DNA of 64,000 nucleotides from Pocillopora damicornis (lineage: Eukaryota). Every line of letters starts with the position of its first letter. The stretch's first letter is position 1. The translations under genes were made by a program, and so were the position numbers. The DNA lies in assembly GCF_003704095.1 (NCBI RefSeq), contig NW_020847620.1, forward strand, positions 62,001 to 126,000, written 5' to 3'. Positions 1-13,915 of this stretch are shown here, in pieces. The notes under the pieces were generated by a model that worked only from the letters and a program-made list of their open reading frames with translations, searched no databases and was not told where the DNA came from.

Positions 1-2559
1 ATGAGCCTATTTTTCAATAAAGTCGACGAACTAGTTGACTTTATACTAAAAGAAATGTAAGCTAGATGACTATTCTCAAAAAAGCTTGGACATCTAAGAA
101 TGCTTTCCTTTTTCTCCCTTTCTCTCACAAAAACACGACAATTTTAGTTTCATGTAGCAGTTTGTTTAACTTATTTTTTTTTTCAAATCCAACAGCTGCA
201 AATCTACATTACTCATGTTTACATTAAAGCAGTGAGTCAATAGTGATTCAAAGGTTCTGTGTCTTGATTCACTCGGAATGAGCAGTATGATCCATTTCTT
301 CTGTCAATTAAACCAGCTATTTATTCTGCAACTTTTCTTTAAGTACTAATTACGGAGCACCAATCAACCATTCAGAGCTATCTTCTTTCAAACGTCCACC
401 ACATCTCCTCACAACAAGACGTTCATTTCGCAAAGGACAAATTGCATTTCAGAAGCACCATTAAATAATGCTATCTTCCACGGGAGATAATTCATGAAAA
501 TTTTAAGAAGGCAATGTGCTTGGGCGCCTTATTGATTTCGCATCATATGAGGCCTTAACAAACCTCCGGGTGAAGTGATTTACTAAAGGCAAAACATTTC
601 AAAAATTTTAATAATCTTTGTGGCGTGGTAAATCCCATTAATTTTGGTTACTATCTTAAAGTTAAGGTCATGCTGAGACCTCCAGTTCAAGTTGATTTCA
701 TTTTCACAAAAATTTACATTTTATTCTAAATGAGACTTCTGGTTCAGATGATAATACCGTTGTAACTGAGAATTGAAAGCTAACTGTGGGGCACCCAGGT
801 TGGGCTCATAAGTAAGAAAAAAACTAAAGTGGATAAAGGTGAAAAATCGGTCGTTTTGAGATGAATCATCAAGCTATCCCTTAGAAGCTGGTCTAAGCCG
901 ACATTTTGTTTATTTGTTAGTTATTGAACGTAAGACCTTTTTTCTTTGTATCTGTCAATTTTACATGACTTTCACTTTTTGATTATTTACTCTTCACGTA
1001 ACTAAACGCTTTTTGCATGTGTCTTTGGAAATTGCTTGGAAACATTTTTGCTGCATTTTTGCATGTTGCATTTAGTGGCAATTGAGCCAAACTGTGATAT
1101 TATAATGAGGTCTTGAATCACTGTTGAGAAGAACCCAAGCATTTCAGGGAATGATCAACCCACTAAAAATAGCTTCGATTCTCGCATGTCAAGCTCTTGG
1201 CTTAGCTGGTAGTAACTAACAGGCACAGGTAAAAAAAAAGGAATGATATCTGTTTCATCGACTTCCCTAGAGTAACATGGCAGCCGCAGCACACTTATTT
1301 TTTTAGTATCTTACGGTATACGCTGAATTGAATATATGTAAACTAAATAAATATAGTCAACACAATGTAAAGGAGTGAAAGCTTGATGATATGGCTGTTG
1401 TACCTAAAAATCGTTCTCATTTGCTTCAAGTGAACCAGGGATAGCATCAAAGTTTCTAAATGCAATTGCAGTATTCTGATATTGCAAGATTTCAATGGAT
1501 ATCATTGCCAGTTGCGGCAAGTGTAAAAAGATAGTTCGAAGCAGTGTGATTGTTGCTATCATGGTGCTTAAAAAATCAGTATCAGGGAAGGATATTGGCG
1601 TTGCTACTCTTCAGTATGTTTATTCTTTGGTTATGCAGTCGAAAGAGAAGGCATTTAGGAAGCAATAGAAATTGTGAGCTATTTGTGTTATTGTAAATGA
1701 ATTAAACAACCAACAGCTGAAAGAAAGCTGAGCCACAATAATCCGATGAAGTAAAATTTCACGATGAAAGTACGTTTTTTTTCTCTCTAATCTTAAATAT
1801 TAAAAAAATTACCTCGATTGTGATTGGTTAAAAAAACTGCTCTTTTCAAGCAATTCACCTGCCAAGTTGTACTCGTACAGTTTTTTTATCAATTTTTTAT
1901 AAATTATCACTTTCATTATCATTATCATTATTAAAATAATAATTATTATTATTACCTCAGGGTAAGATCATTACAAAAGAAAGCCAGTCTAGCACAATGT
2001 GGTTGCCACAGATTCGCAAGCTTGAAGGCCAAGTTCTTCAGCCTATTTCTTCACTCCATGTAAACACCTTTATCAATGATGCCTTGGTAAACTGCTCGAT
2101 AGGTGTTCTGACTTGATATCTTCTTAACAGTAGGCAGATAGCAAATACACCCCTTTTGAAAAGGGACAAACATTTTGAAATTCTCAGTTTTTCTCCCTCT
2201 GTAGATTCATAACTTTTGCAACATCTTACAATATGTCAAAGTCTCCGATACCAAAGAGCATTTGAAGGTAGGTTGTCACCTTTCGTCTGTCTATTACATA
2301 CAGAGAGGAGTACTGTATTATCAAGAGTGTTGGGATGATTTGAAAGGGGAATCAATTATGAGATCTTCTTGTCTGAGATCACAAGTTCCTGTCTGCCTTA
2401 CTCAGAAGTCTTCTGCGAATTCAAAACTTATCTGAACAGGCACACCTTCTCTGTATAACAAGATTTGCTTTTCATGAATAGCCACATAAGTTAAAAGGCA
2501 TAGCTAGTTAGACGATATCTATTAAGACGTAGGAAGCAGGGTTAGGCTGAGGACTTACA

Positions 2560-2672
2560 GACCAATCTCAGTACCTGAGCAAGTGCCCACTTACCCCTCC
2601 CCTAACTCAACGACAGTCAGATCGGTTAAGGGAAGGGAAAGTCAGCAGTTGTTAAGTACTCGCATTGATTTG
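2560..2672. repeat. Hairpin MITE-like repeat
   Basis: Imperfect inverted arms CAATCTCAGTACCTGAGCAA..CCCCTCCCCTAAC / GTTAAGGGAAGGG..TTGTTAAGTACT..ATTG. Confidence 0.5.
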
Positions 2673-5456
2673 GACTTTCGCTTCAGATCGTCCTGAAAGG
2701 AGGCACAGCATATCTGATTAACACCACAAGCTAATTTCACACTTGAGGTAGGCCGCTAAGGGAATAGTTAGGTCGAATGCCATGCCAAAATCTTCCAGTT
2801 AAAGTTTTTCCAAGGATTTCCATTACGTGCACAGTCGTTTTTAAGTTCTACGAAGCTGGTCAGCTCATCTTTTAAACACCACAAGCTAGTTTCATCTTTA
2901 ATGTAGGCTGGTAAAGAAAAGTGCGGTCGCAAGAATACCACGCTAAACTTTTCCATGAAATGTTCCTCCAAGGATATTCATTACAAGTAAAGTTGTTTTT
3001 CAGTTCCACGAAACTGGTGAGCACAAACCAAACAAAATACGCTGGAGGAGTAGTTTTGCTGATTGCGTATCAGTTTAATTCCTTTCTGTGGAATATTTTC
3101 GCTATAAGAGAAAAGTTACAGGTACGGTAACGTATAATTTTAAATCGACAAGGACGTTAACTTCAATGAAATGTTAAAGCGTTTCCCTTGTCAAAGGATA
3201 TTTTAAATGTTTCATTGTTTTATATTACAGATAAGATGAATGGATATTTAGTTATTTTCCATTTTAACATCTGAGCGGTTAATGCTTCTCCTTAAATACG
3301 CAGAAATTCGCATGGAGTTACTTTCACATTCACTTTTCTTCATTATACACGTTGAATGAACAGCTGTTTTAGTATTTTTATCTCTACCTGAATGAGCAGT
3401 TTAACATGAAGGGGACGTTATTTTGACAACATAAGACCGTTTGGTTCGAAAACAGTCAGACATTCGCGGAAAAAAAAGGTTGGCATTAGTTGAACTTCTC
3501 CTCTACTTCTATGCTGCTACATATTTGAGATTCATAACATTTTACATGTGATTCACTTAGGTATGATTTAAATTAAAATTTTTTTTTTAAGACTAGAAAA
3601 ATTGCACGAGCCCGTAGGGCGAGTGCAATTTGTGGTCTTTGAAAATGATTACGAATGCTTAATTATTCTAAGTTGTACGAGAAAAATTATGAGATTACGT
3701 ATCAATGATATACATGATAAAATAAGAGATAGCTTATCATAATTATGCAGAAGCAAAGCCCGCGCATCAAGTGAAAAAATAATTTATTCAAACCCTGCAA
3801 GTGACATTTGTGCGTGCGGTCAAAACAACAGCGTACGATCAAAACAATAATCTACAATTATATTTTTACATCTTAAAAGCGCAAAAAAGTTCATAGTCCG
3901 GCTAAACAGCTCAAGGAATTATTCAACCTGGTTTGTTACTTCTTTGCACCGAATTAACCCTCTTCTGCACTGAATTACCTGAAAAATACATTCACCTTAA
4001 ACAATTAGAACTGAGTAATTGTTTCATGTATCTTATTAAGATGATAAAAGCGTCCCTAGTTAGCTAGAGGGTACTAAATAAAAGGAAATATAAAGAAATT
4101 TTTTATGTTTATCATCATAGCAAAAATAATTCCTAATCAGATGTGTGTGATGCTACTGGTTTAAGTCCCTCTAAATCAAGATCGTTTAAAGCAACAATTT
4201 TTCACTTTTTGCAATAAATAATGAAAGGTAGGCGTAGTGATAAAAGTATTGTACAGCTGTAAGTAACGTATTGCATGCCATGTAAATGTACATTATATTG
4301 AGATATACTTAAACCAACAATAGGCCAGTTATTTAGAAAAACTTTCGCCGTTGTTAAAACCGAGTTCGAGACCATCTTAAATTTAGCCAAACGCTTGACT
4401 GTTGTGCAGATAGCTGCTTGCAAACGCAGGAAAGTCACTTAATCACCTAAAATAATTCACTGATAAAGAAATCTGGAAATCCATTTATTTCTTCAGAACC
4501 ACACAGGATTTAGACTATGTTTATCTACTTCGTCAACGATCTTAGACAAAAGCATTGCTCGGGGCAACAGTATGTTTAGTCCTACGTGGCACTTGGGGTT
4601 ACAATTCTCATAATCTCCTCCCTCTCCTTGTTTTTTTTACTATGGCTAGTCTAACGGAATGTAAAATAGCCAAAAATGTTTTGCGCCAGAGATTGGTAGC
4701 AAACGCATATGTTACAGTACGTTATATTTAACTGGTCATTTCAAAATTACTAGTTGCGTATAATTCGTAATGACCATATTTCAAGGTTTGCATATGATGA
4801 TCTTCTTTACGAATACATTTACTTAACTCAATCGCTTCATAGGACAACCGGGTACTGAAATATTCAGGGTCGTTCGGCATAAGTCACTTAACATCGTTGA
4901 GACTGTAGAGCGCATGCGTGAGTCCGAATTTTTGGACGTATAAGTCCTTTGAAACATCATAAGAAAAGCATATGAAAACAGAGTAAAGAGGGAATGATAT
5001 CTTTCATATGCCCCATGAAATTTCCAATTGAAATAAGTTCGGAAATCGTATGAAGCGAGAGCCCAGAATTAACCACTGCCAGAGCCCGAGCACAAGCAGA
5101 TATGACTCAGCTGAATTATCAATTTAACTCGTGCATATATGTCTGTAGTCGCATTTAATTTATATTTAAATGTAGTATTGTGCGTTTAACATTTTGATAT
5201 TGGTAACATTCAACACCGTCTTCCTTTTATCTTAAAGTTGCAGTGTATCATTATGTAACAAAGAAGTGTAAATAAATTTTCCACTACATTAATATTGCGC
5301 ATGGTTTCAATTGTTACCAACTTCATTTCTTTGTTAGCTTCCGGTAGTTCTTGAAAATATTCCGTACTTTCGAAAAATGTTATACACTTAAATAGAAGGT
5401 GCATTGAACAAAGTTAAACCTAAGTTTTATGCATACATTTCGTTGCTTTCCATATT

Positions 5457-8400
5457 TTACTGATATCTCCAAGCTGATTCAGGTAAATCTTGCAGAGATC
5501 TTGTCTTCTGACCTTTCCATCTCAACCATACAATACCAATGACGACACAAACGATGGACTCTACGTAATAGCCGTCAACCACAGTTTGGCAAACGCCTCC
5601 AGCATTCGTACAATCCTACAAAAAGAGGAGGAACAAAACAAAACACTCAATACCACACTTATATTTGTTTGCTGTTCATTGTGTAAGAGGTCAGCAACTT
5701 CTCAAAGGTGGCTAGAGGCTGAAGTATAAATTTGTGTCATGTGTCGCTCATAAACAACTATACATCTCAGATTGGAATTATTTAAACAATCATGGGAGAC
5801 CACACTTGCTCGTTTTTCAGAGAGTGATGCTGATAACTGTATGTCTGGAAAAGTAAAACTGGTTATCCCCAGTTGCTACATGCACCGCAAAGTATCTCAA
5901 ACTTTTCGGTAGAAAATGCGATATCATAAAATGTATCTAATAGAGAAATATTCGCGGGATGTTTCCCCACACCTTTGCATTTGTCTTGCCGCTGCAGTGG
6001 AGTCCCGGTACAGAAGCACCAATACAGTTTGTCCAGGTAAGCCCATCCACCAACCACAGTGCCAGAGTCTGGCACCAGTTTCCTCCCAGGTTCGTCACCG
6101 TGTTAAGAAGTGTTAGGTACGTCCCTCCAACCCGCGGGTCGCTGATGCGGGCGTGGAAAGCCATGAAGGCCACAAACATGCAATACAGGGACACCTGTTG
6201 ACGGTCCACGAGGAAAAGGACGAGAGCTCAGAATAGGAGACTAAGGCTCATCAGAGATACAGCGTAATTTATTATTATCAACTGAGTTGATAACGTCACG
6301 TAAACCGGCCTCCGTTATGAGTTTGAAAACTGATGTTTCGATCGCTAGCGCTTTGTCAGAACAATTGACGAAGGGTGAACGATCGAAACGTCAGCTTTCA
6401 AACTCTTAAGGGTGGTGAATTTACGTAATCAACTCTATTGTTAATACTTAATTACCCCGCTATACTCTCCCAACGACGGAGCACCACAGTTTCTTTAAAA
6501 ACTTACTCCCCTCATCAGAGATAAGTGACATAACGACGTCAATATTTCAACGCAATCACGCGACAAGCAGATATATAAATAAAGAAGGTACATGTAAGTT
6601 TCTGCAGAAACTGTGGTGCTGCATCAGTGAAGGGAGGGGGGGGAGGGGGGTTATTAAAAGACAACTGAGATGATGATGTAAAGTGACAACCGTCAAGAGT
6701 ATCTAAAGATAATGTTTCGAGCGTTAGCCCTTTGCCAGAGCGAATGGGCTAACAAAAGTTGACATTAAGGCCCGAAACGTCAGCTCTATGAAGTATTTGC
6801 AGTGGCTACATGTAATTCAGTTAATAAAACGAAATCAATTGACATACCGAGATAGTTTGCATGTTTGCTGTCAAACAAGCTACTTAAACAGCATACACCT
6901 GTATACACGAGACTTTGAATCCCCTCGCAATAAGAACATATGTTGAAAGAGCCTAATGTAAGTTCCAACTTGTGTGGATGAGTAACTTCACCCCCTTCTC
7001 CCCCAAAGGAAAAACAAATTTCTGTATAACACCAGTACTCAAAGAAACATTTAAAAATGTTTCATCACCTGTACTTGCTCCATGGAAAAATCCTGTATAG
7101 TACATGAAGTACCTCCAATGATGGCCCCTTTTTCTTTAGTGTTCATCATAAATTATCAAATGTTTCTTGAAAATATTCAAGAAAATTCATGAAAACAAAC
7201 AGTAATGAAAAGTACCTGATGGATTGCATACACCAGCAGAATTGTTAAGTAAAAGTATAATGGAAAGAATTCCTCCCCAGGCCCACGCACAACATTGGCC
7301 CACCAGACACACATCATGATGACCACACCCATAAGCAGTCTATAAGGAAAGGCCTTAAGACCCAAGTCAAGAGGACGTGGACCTGTGAAGAGAAACAGAG
7401 ATTCTCACAAAAGAAAGAACACAACAATTTCAGACCCCACCTGCCCCCTCCCCCTTCCCTCCTCCATCAGAATGAACCATTAACCCTTCACACTCTTACA
7501 TCAGAATGCATATTCTCCATACTGTTCTCTTTGTATTTCCTAGGGTGCTGACAAGGAGAATTTGTTTAACAACCTATAGCCTTTTTAGTTACTGATCATT
7601 TCCTTTATTGTTAGGACATAAAAGTGCCATTTAAGGGTGACATTGTGAGGAGAATTTAGATGCTCGTCACTCTTCTGGGGCATGTTTTCCTTTAGTTTTC
7701 ATATCAGCTGTTACTAATTTTGAGATCTCCCTCAATACAATGAAAACTGTTTACAATTAAACTGTTATTTCTTAATTGATATGTATGCATTCATCTCAAA
7801 ATAATCAAATTAATAAACATCAAGTATCATGCATTTATGAACATGCCAATAAGTATTGTCATCTGCTCGTTTTTTTGAAGAGTCACATTCATATGTACCA
7901 ACCTGCTGTATATCTGCTGATATAAAGTGGCAATAAAATCTGTATTGGAACCATGGGAATAGCAAGAAGAGCTAGATTCTCTTTGGGAACTCCAGCTTCA
8001 ATCAGCTTGAGGCCAGTCACAGAGTCAGCTGCAGAGAAGCCAACCTGAATGTCAAGAATTTGCACATGAATTTAAGTCAAGTATTTTCCCAGTACATAGA
8101 ATCTACTAATGTATTCCACATCCTAAACATGAGAAACCACATGGCTTTTATATAATGGACACCCTAAAATAATATTATATGCACAGTTTCAAGGTAGAAG
8201 AGTAACTGACCATTGGCAGAGTAGAAATGTTGGTCGAGCTAAAATGTTTCTGTAACTTACTTATGCATGTATGTATTAAGCAAAATTAGTCTGACAAAAA
8301 AACAAACTGAAAATTGAGCAATTACAAAAGACAAAAGAAGAATAAACACAGATACAGCACAAATATAAAGAAGATGAATACAAGAATAGCCCTTATCAGA

Positions 8401-10749
8401 ATGTATCCACTTCTACCCCAAATTTCATTGCGAAACAAAAAAAAAATTAATAGAGTGGTGCTTTCTATTTTTCTGGAAAAAAAAAATGAATAGAACAGTA
8501 TCAATTTTTACTTTATAAATGTACTTTGTAACCATAAAGTATGCAAAACAATACATCTGTCATTAGATACTAAAAAATCAAAGAAAAAGAAAACATTTTC
8601 CAGCCCACTGTGGGGTTCCATTGTAAGAGAAAGTGCAGGCTTGTCTTTAGAAAATGTATGATCTGAACTAAACACTAGAAGGCTCAATTGAGTTAGATTA
8701 TGCAAGCAATGTGTTTTGCAAGTTCTAGGGAGATCCAGGGGCATGCTATCCCCACGAAATATGAAAATCAAAACTCTCTTAGCCATGTTTTCTAGCATTC
8801 TGGGACATATTTGAGTAACACTTTTTTGGCAGACATTGATGTTAAAAATAGTTCAAAATATATTTCTTTTCTGTCACAATTCACAAAGTAAAAATGGTCT
8901 GACAGCCAGCAGGTTTGTGCTGACAACTGGCTTCTAATGATATGATAACCCTGAAACACGAATACCAAGAGTGACTAGCTCCTAAATTCTGCATGTAATA
9001 TTATGCCTGAATCACACATTAAGGTCACGGGAATTTAGTACATTATCACCAACTATACAGGCTCAGGATTGTTTAATACATTCTCCTTGTCAGCACCTTA
9101 GGAATTGCCTGAAGAATGATATGGAGAATGTACATACTGATGTTAAGGTGTTAGTGGATAATAAATCTTACCTTAAATGTTAGCAAGATAACGATCAATT
9201 TCAAAATACTGGGACAGCGCAAAATTTTGCCCAATGTTTTATACCCATCAACTACTCCTTCCACAGACTCTTCTCCATGGAGCTCTTGTTCTGACTTTTC
9301 CCGTTTCAGCAACCCAACTAGTGTTGTGGTGATTAAAAAAACAATTCCCCAGAAGTAAAAAAATCCTGAAAAGGTGACAACTCCATCTGATGATGGTTGT
9401 GATCGAAGATATCTGTTACTGAAGTCAGCAGAGCTAAGAGCTAAGAATACAACATTCCCCATAAAGAATCCTGCTGTTTGGCCAACTGTGTTGCAAGTTG
9501 ACGCCCAGCCAACATTTTCCCTGGACAACATTGTCAGTGCCCAACCATCCACGGCAATATCTTGAGTTGCAGCAAGGAAATTCAAACAAAAGAAAATCCC
9601 TGTTAAAAAGATGATACTTGGCCCTTCTTCACTACTTTCACCCAACAGTTCATTTATGTGCTGAAAAAAGCAAATATTGAAGTTTTTGTGGGCAAATAGT
9701 ATAAGAGAGAAGGTATATTTTAAACTTGGTATTATGAAATAAAGAAAGATGTTAGAGAGGTTCCACTACAACTCCATACTATACTAAAACAAAGCTGTAC
9801 TCCTAAGGGGAATGTATTGTTTATGCCACAGTTTATTTCATTCACGAACTGTATGCATAATGATGTATGAAGGTTGATGGAAATCTTGCCCAGATGTTTT
9901 TCGTTTTGAAATGAACATGAGACAAGTAAAAAACTCTGGTTCCCCATGAGGAACTGAACCTGTAATCTGAGCAACAGAAAACTCTGTGGTGAGCCAGGTT
10001 ATAGATTTCTAGGTTCATATGTGACATTCATCCTTAATAATGCTAGAATCAGCAAATTAGTAAATCTCAAATTCGGTGATAAGAAAGAGAAAGACAAATT
10101 CCTTGAACACAGCAAGACACCATCCCCAGGATTGGACGAGGAGATCTTCTGGTTTCATTCCAAATTTAATTATCTTTAAGAAGAACAATCAACAAGCAAA
10201 GTTTGAAACAAATTTCTGTACAGGTTGTATCATCAGCAGAATGACTAGGCATTTAATTAATAAGTACCTGCATGAACGCGCGTCCAATCATAAGAAACTT
10301 ACCTTTGAAAGTACGAGCATAAAAATTCCTAACAAATATTGCACAGGAACAAGCCATGATTTCCTTCGGCCAAATCGCGAAAAGTAAAGAGTGTCTACGA
10401 TAGGCGCCCACAACAACTTCATGCTAAAAGGCCAAAATACGAAACTAAACGTTGCCTGATCTTTGTACGCGACTTTTCGTGTTTGAAGCAACATCGGCAT
10501 AGCGCCGGCCAGCCCTAGAGGGATTCCTTGAAGAACATACAGAAACGTAAGAACGGCTATATTCCCTCTGTCTCCCTTAAGGCTTGCCTGATGAGTTTTC
10601 ATGTTTTTCTCGCCAGCTGTCTTTTTCTCCACACCGTTTGTCGTTGAGCGAAAGTCTACATGGCTGTTGTTTCGTTCAAGTTCTTCCTCGTTTGTTGAAG
10701 AACTAACGCTTCTTTTGGCAGCATCAGCGGATCGAGATCTGGTCATCAT
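5457..10749 (-). CDS. SLC33A1: Acetyl-coenzyme A transporter 1 (MFS), complete 6-exon gene, 541 aa
   Basis: Exons (-): 10749-10303, 9660-9172, 8044-7903, 7382-7216, 6194-5973, 5615-5457. All introns are GT-AG, phases match, total 1626 nt. Motifs LYVLQGIPLGLAG, WPFSMKLLWAPIVD, FGRRKSWLVPVQY, ATQDIAVDGWALTML, SDPRVGGTYLTLLNTVTNLGGNW and DGYYVES match AT-1/SLC33A1. Confidence 0.96.
6260..6510 (-). mobile_element. Short palindromic Penelope-type non-autonomous element with degenerate hammerhead cores
   Basis: Inverted arms around TGACGAAGGG...CGAAACGTCAG. Flanked by a 13-bp direct repeat CTCATCAGAGATA (6247-6259 and 6511-6523). Same family as 19425 and 54032. Confidence 0.75.
6590..6840 (+). mobile_element. 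Older degenerate copy of the same Penelope-type element
   Basis: GTAAGTTTCT..AGAAACTGTGGTGCTGC head, TTTCGAGCGTTAGCCCTT, CGAAACGTCAGCT. Confidence 0.6.
7480..7682 (+). mobile_element. About 200-bp MITE-like interspersed repeat starting TTAACCCTT
   Basis: Inverted homologue at 8946-9153 (shared GCATATTCTCCATA, GGTGCTGACAAGGAGAAT, AGTCACTCTT). The TTAA-CCCT end is piggyBac-like. Confidence 0.6.
8946..9153 (-). mobile_element. Inverted copy of the 7480 MITE-like repeat
   Basis: Reverse-complement similarity to 7480-7682. Confidence 0.6.
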
Positions 10750-11442
10750 ATTTGAAGTCTCTCATGTAGTTGGTTTAGCAATATCCCTTATTGAACTGTT
10801 CTTATCTGTATTTAGAAATTATCATATGTACAAAAGAAACTTTGAAGCACCAGTAACCAAACGTGGCGAGTCCACAGACGAAGATGAAACTAAGTGTGTC
10901 ATAAATGAGGAACGTGACAAATGGAAAGGTATCCGCTGTACTTCAGATCATTATCGTGCTCAGTCTCTCCAGGAAGTTTTCTCAGCTGAAAAGCTTGAGG
11001 CGAATAAGGAAATTTCGGAGTCCGTGGATAACAGGTGAGCTAGTCTGAAACACTCGTTACCAAGGATTTGCATCTTTGTCGAAAGTAGTGGCTGATAAAA
11101 AGGACACTCGTTATTAAGGTAAGTAAGTAAGGTTTGTGTCCAAAAAGTCTGAAATCTTCCTTTCCCCAAATTCTTTTCCTTTTGCAGATTTCGATGAACT
11201 GTTTTATCTCTTTTTTCTTTTTTTTGAAAATGTGCGTGACAACGATCTTTTCTCATGTTTTCCTTTGAAATTTTCCGTGGGAAATTGGGACGCGACCGGC
11301 CAAAATTGATCTTCGTGCGCAATCACATTAACTATAGGACGCATGGCTAGTGCCAGTCTTTATGCGCGTGCCTCAAGCGCACGCTTCACACGCTGTGTGA
11401 CGTCATAAATAACTATACCATATGAGAGAAGTGTGAGGGAAG
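10750..11442. promoter_or_regulatory. Probable bidirectional promoter between SLC33A1 and the Rab gene, with a CRE palindrome TGACGTCA at 11398-11405
   Basis: Divergent start codons about 0.7 kb apart. CpG-rich stretch 11280-11405. Perfect TGACGTCA followed by TAAATA about 40 nt upstream of the Rab ATG. Confidence 0.55.
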
Positions 11443-13447
11443 ATGCAAACGAGACGCCATTTCGACTCAGACTCCCCTTCTGACAATATCAGCAAGTTCA
11501 AAGTGGTTGTTTTGGGTGATCAAGGTGTGGGAAAGTCAGCCTTGGTGTGGAAGTTCGTTTACAAAGGATACGAAGACAAATATCTGCCAACCATTGGAAT
11601 AGATTTTTTCACGAAGACATGCTATCTAGGTGAATAGATTTTAATAGTGTAAATATTAATTTTGATTTGAGTACTTCCAAGGGCTGAACGTAATAAATTT
11701 TCTGTAAAAGTGGATTCATTTACATGATAAGCTAGGAGCGGCCCTCTGTAGTCCAAAGTAAGCATATTATTTTCGTAAGGACAGAAGCTTGTTTCATGCG
11801 ATATTTTCGTTGCAGATTTAAGACCGCTACTTTCGAACAGGAGAGTGGGTTGCGTAGGAGGAGAGGGGGAGGGGAGTTGTTAATTTTGTGACGCTCGCTT
11901 CTTTATTAACTGTATTGGTTCCAACACTAAAAGAATTCCCATTAGAAACAAACTCTTCAACCTTCTGCTTTATTTCAATAATGAAGACGAACCGGGCGAG
12001 GGAAGGAAAGGCCAGCACTAATTTTTTTTGCCCAGATGTGTATACAGCCGAAAAAACACACTTGTCAAATATCTGCGCACGTGCAAACTTTGAAATGTAA
12101 TGTATATGCTTCCTGTCTCTAGGAAGTCAGAACCTATTCATCTCACCAGAATTTTAAACAGCCACACAAGACAGTAGCTCTCGGTATATGTCAAAAGCAT
12201 ACAATAGCAAGTTTTTGTAATATCTTGGCTAGAAAATAACATTTTGGGAACCTTGAACCATTACAATGGTAAAAGTTATTTCTCGAAATTTCAGATGGAA
12301 TTGCTGTCCGTCTGCAAATTTGGGATACCGCTGGCCAAGAGCGTTTTCGTTGTCTCATACCTTCTTATCTCCGTGACTGTCATGTGATCTTGGTCTGTTT
12401 TGATGTGACGAATTGCGGCTCATTGGACAATGTGCCCGATTGGATCGAGCTGGCACTGAAAGAAAAATGTGGTCAAACAAAGGATTCGTTGATTGTTCTG
12501 GTGGGAAATAAAGTGGATGACAAAACTAATCGGCAGGTGGGTTCTATTCAAAATTTTACCACGATTTTGCATTAGAGGAGGAATTGAGCATGAGATTTCA
12601 CGTAGAAAGGCGATGGATTGATAGTAATAATAATAATAATAATAATACTAATAATAACAAAAATAGTGATGATGATAATAATATCAATAGCACAATAGAG
12701 TTTTTGTTTGCGGTCATAATTGTGTTTTAGGCTAAATTTTTAATGCTAAGTTTAAATGATTCTGAAAAAGAGCCCAAAAAATATTTGTGGCTAAGGACGT
12801 AAATCGTATTGCAAGTATTATCACTTTGAAAGGCATAGAGGAACAAAAATTAAAAAAAAAAAAAGAGAAAGCCAAAAAACTAGTCTCGAGAATCACGCAA
12901 GCGTGCGAGTGTATGGCCCGCCAAAATCTCCATTTTAGCCTGAAAAATACGCTTCAATGTCCCTCATAGTGATAACAATAACAAATAAACAAAATTCTAA
13001 AAAGTAAAATCGTTTATTTCTTTTACTTAATTTGTATTTAATCATACAGAAGGATGAATTTCGTTATCCGACTCATTAAAATCGTAGTAAAGACCTGTGT
13101 AAAAAGTTAGGCTTCTCTTTTGAAATCAGCGCCTTACGCTATAAAATTCTCTTTCACAGATTTCTTACGACTGTGCCAGTTCTGTAGCGGAATTATTTCG
13201 TGTGCCCTATGTGGAGACTAGTGCTCTTACCGGATATAATGTAGAGCTGTTGTTCAGGAAGATAGCAAAAGAAATGTTGGTCAAAGAACTGGAAAGGCGA
13301 AGACGAAATAGAGTGCATGGAGAACGTGATCTGCAGGTGGATATTGTCGAGGAAAGGGTGGATAAGTATGTCATAAATCTTCAAACTACAGAAGAGCAGA
13401 AGACAGCTATTCCGAAGAAACGTCGACGATCGTGCAAATGTAGTTGA
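11443..13447 (+). CDS. Divergent Rab6-like small GTPase, 3 exons, 238 aa
   Basis: Exons 11443-11629, 12295-12536, 13160-13447. G1 GDQGVGKS, effector TIGIDF, WDTAGQERFRCLIPSYLRD, GNKVD, ETSAL, C-terminal CKCS prenylation motif. AATAAA at 13497. TIGIDF and LIPSY are Rab6-type signatures. Confidence 0.9.
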
Positions 13448-13700
13448 AGATTTGTCAATTGCTGTACAATACAGAGTATTTTATCTCTTTTGCGTCAATA
13501 AAGACTATATTTCTCAAAGATTTGATGGGATCCATTGGTTATTTTTATCGATTGTTTGTATTCGCTCCCTAATCCTGCCCGCAAGGCATTAAGGGACCTC
13601 NNNNNNNNNNNNNNNNNNNNNNNNNNNNNNNNNNNNNNNNNNNNNNNNNNNNNNNNNNNNNNNNNNNNNNNNNNNNNNNNNNNNNNNNNNNNNNNNNNNN

Positions 13701-13915
13701 AATTGAAAGATCTTTGAAGATCTTGTCAAGAAAAAGTAGGTTCCTTGAAGATTTCGACAAGCAAATTAAAGATCTGGGCAAGAGATTTGAAGATCCTAAA
13801 AGATCTTGACAAGAATGTCAGTGATCCTTGAAGATCCTGGCAAGGAAACGGAAGATTGTTGAAGATCTTGGCAAGAATGTTATGGCACCTTCAAAATTTT
13901 GACAAGAAAATAAGC
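13701..13915. repeat. Degenerate tandem repeat (GAAGATCTTGxCAAGA, ~30 bp period), probably a transposon end
   Basis: About 7 copies of an AAGATC(T/C)T(G)..CAAG core next to the gap. Confidence 0.6.

Noticed and set aside
1955-2480. Possible coding relic on the minus strand (EKQILLYREGVPVQISFEF...LKNLAFKLANLWQPHCARL)
   Set aside because: Multiple stops and frameshifts, and no family I can assign with confidence.
10601-11322. ORFs of 145 aa (+) and 120 aa (-) around the SLC33A1 start
   Set aside because: Antisense shadow or low-complexity promoter sequence with no recognisable motifs.
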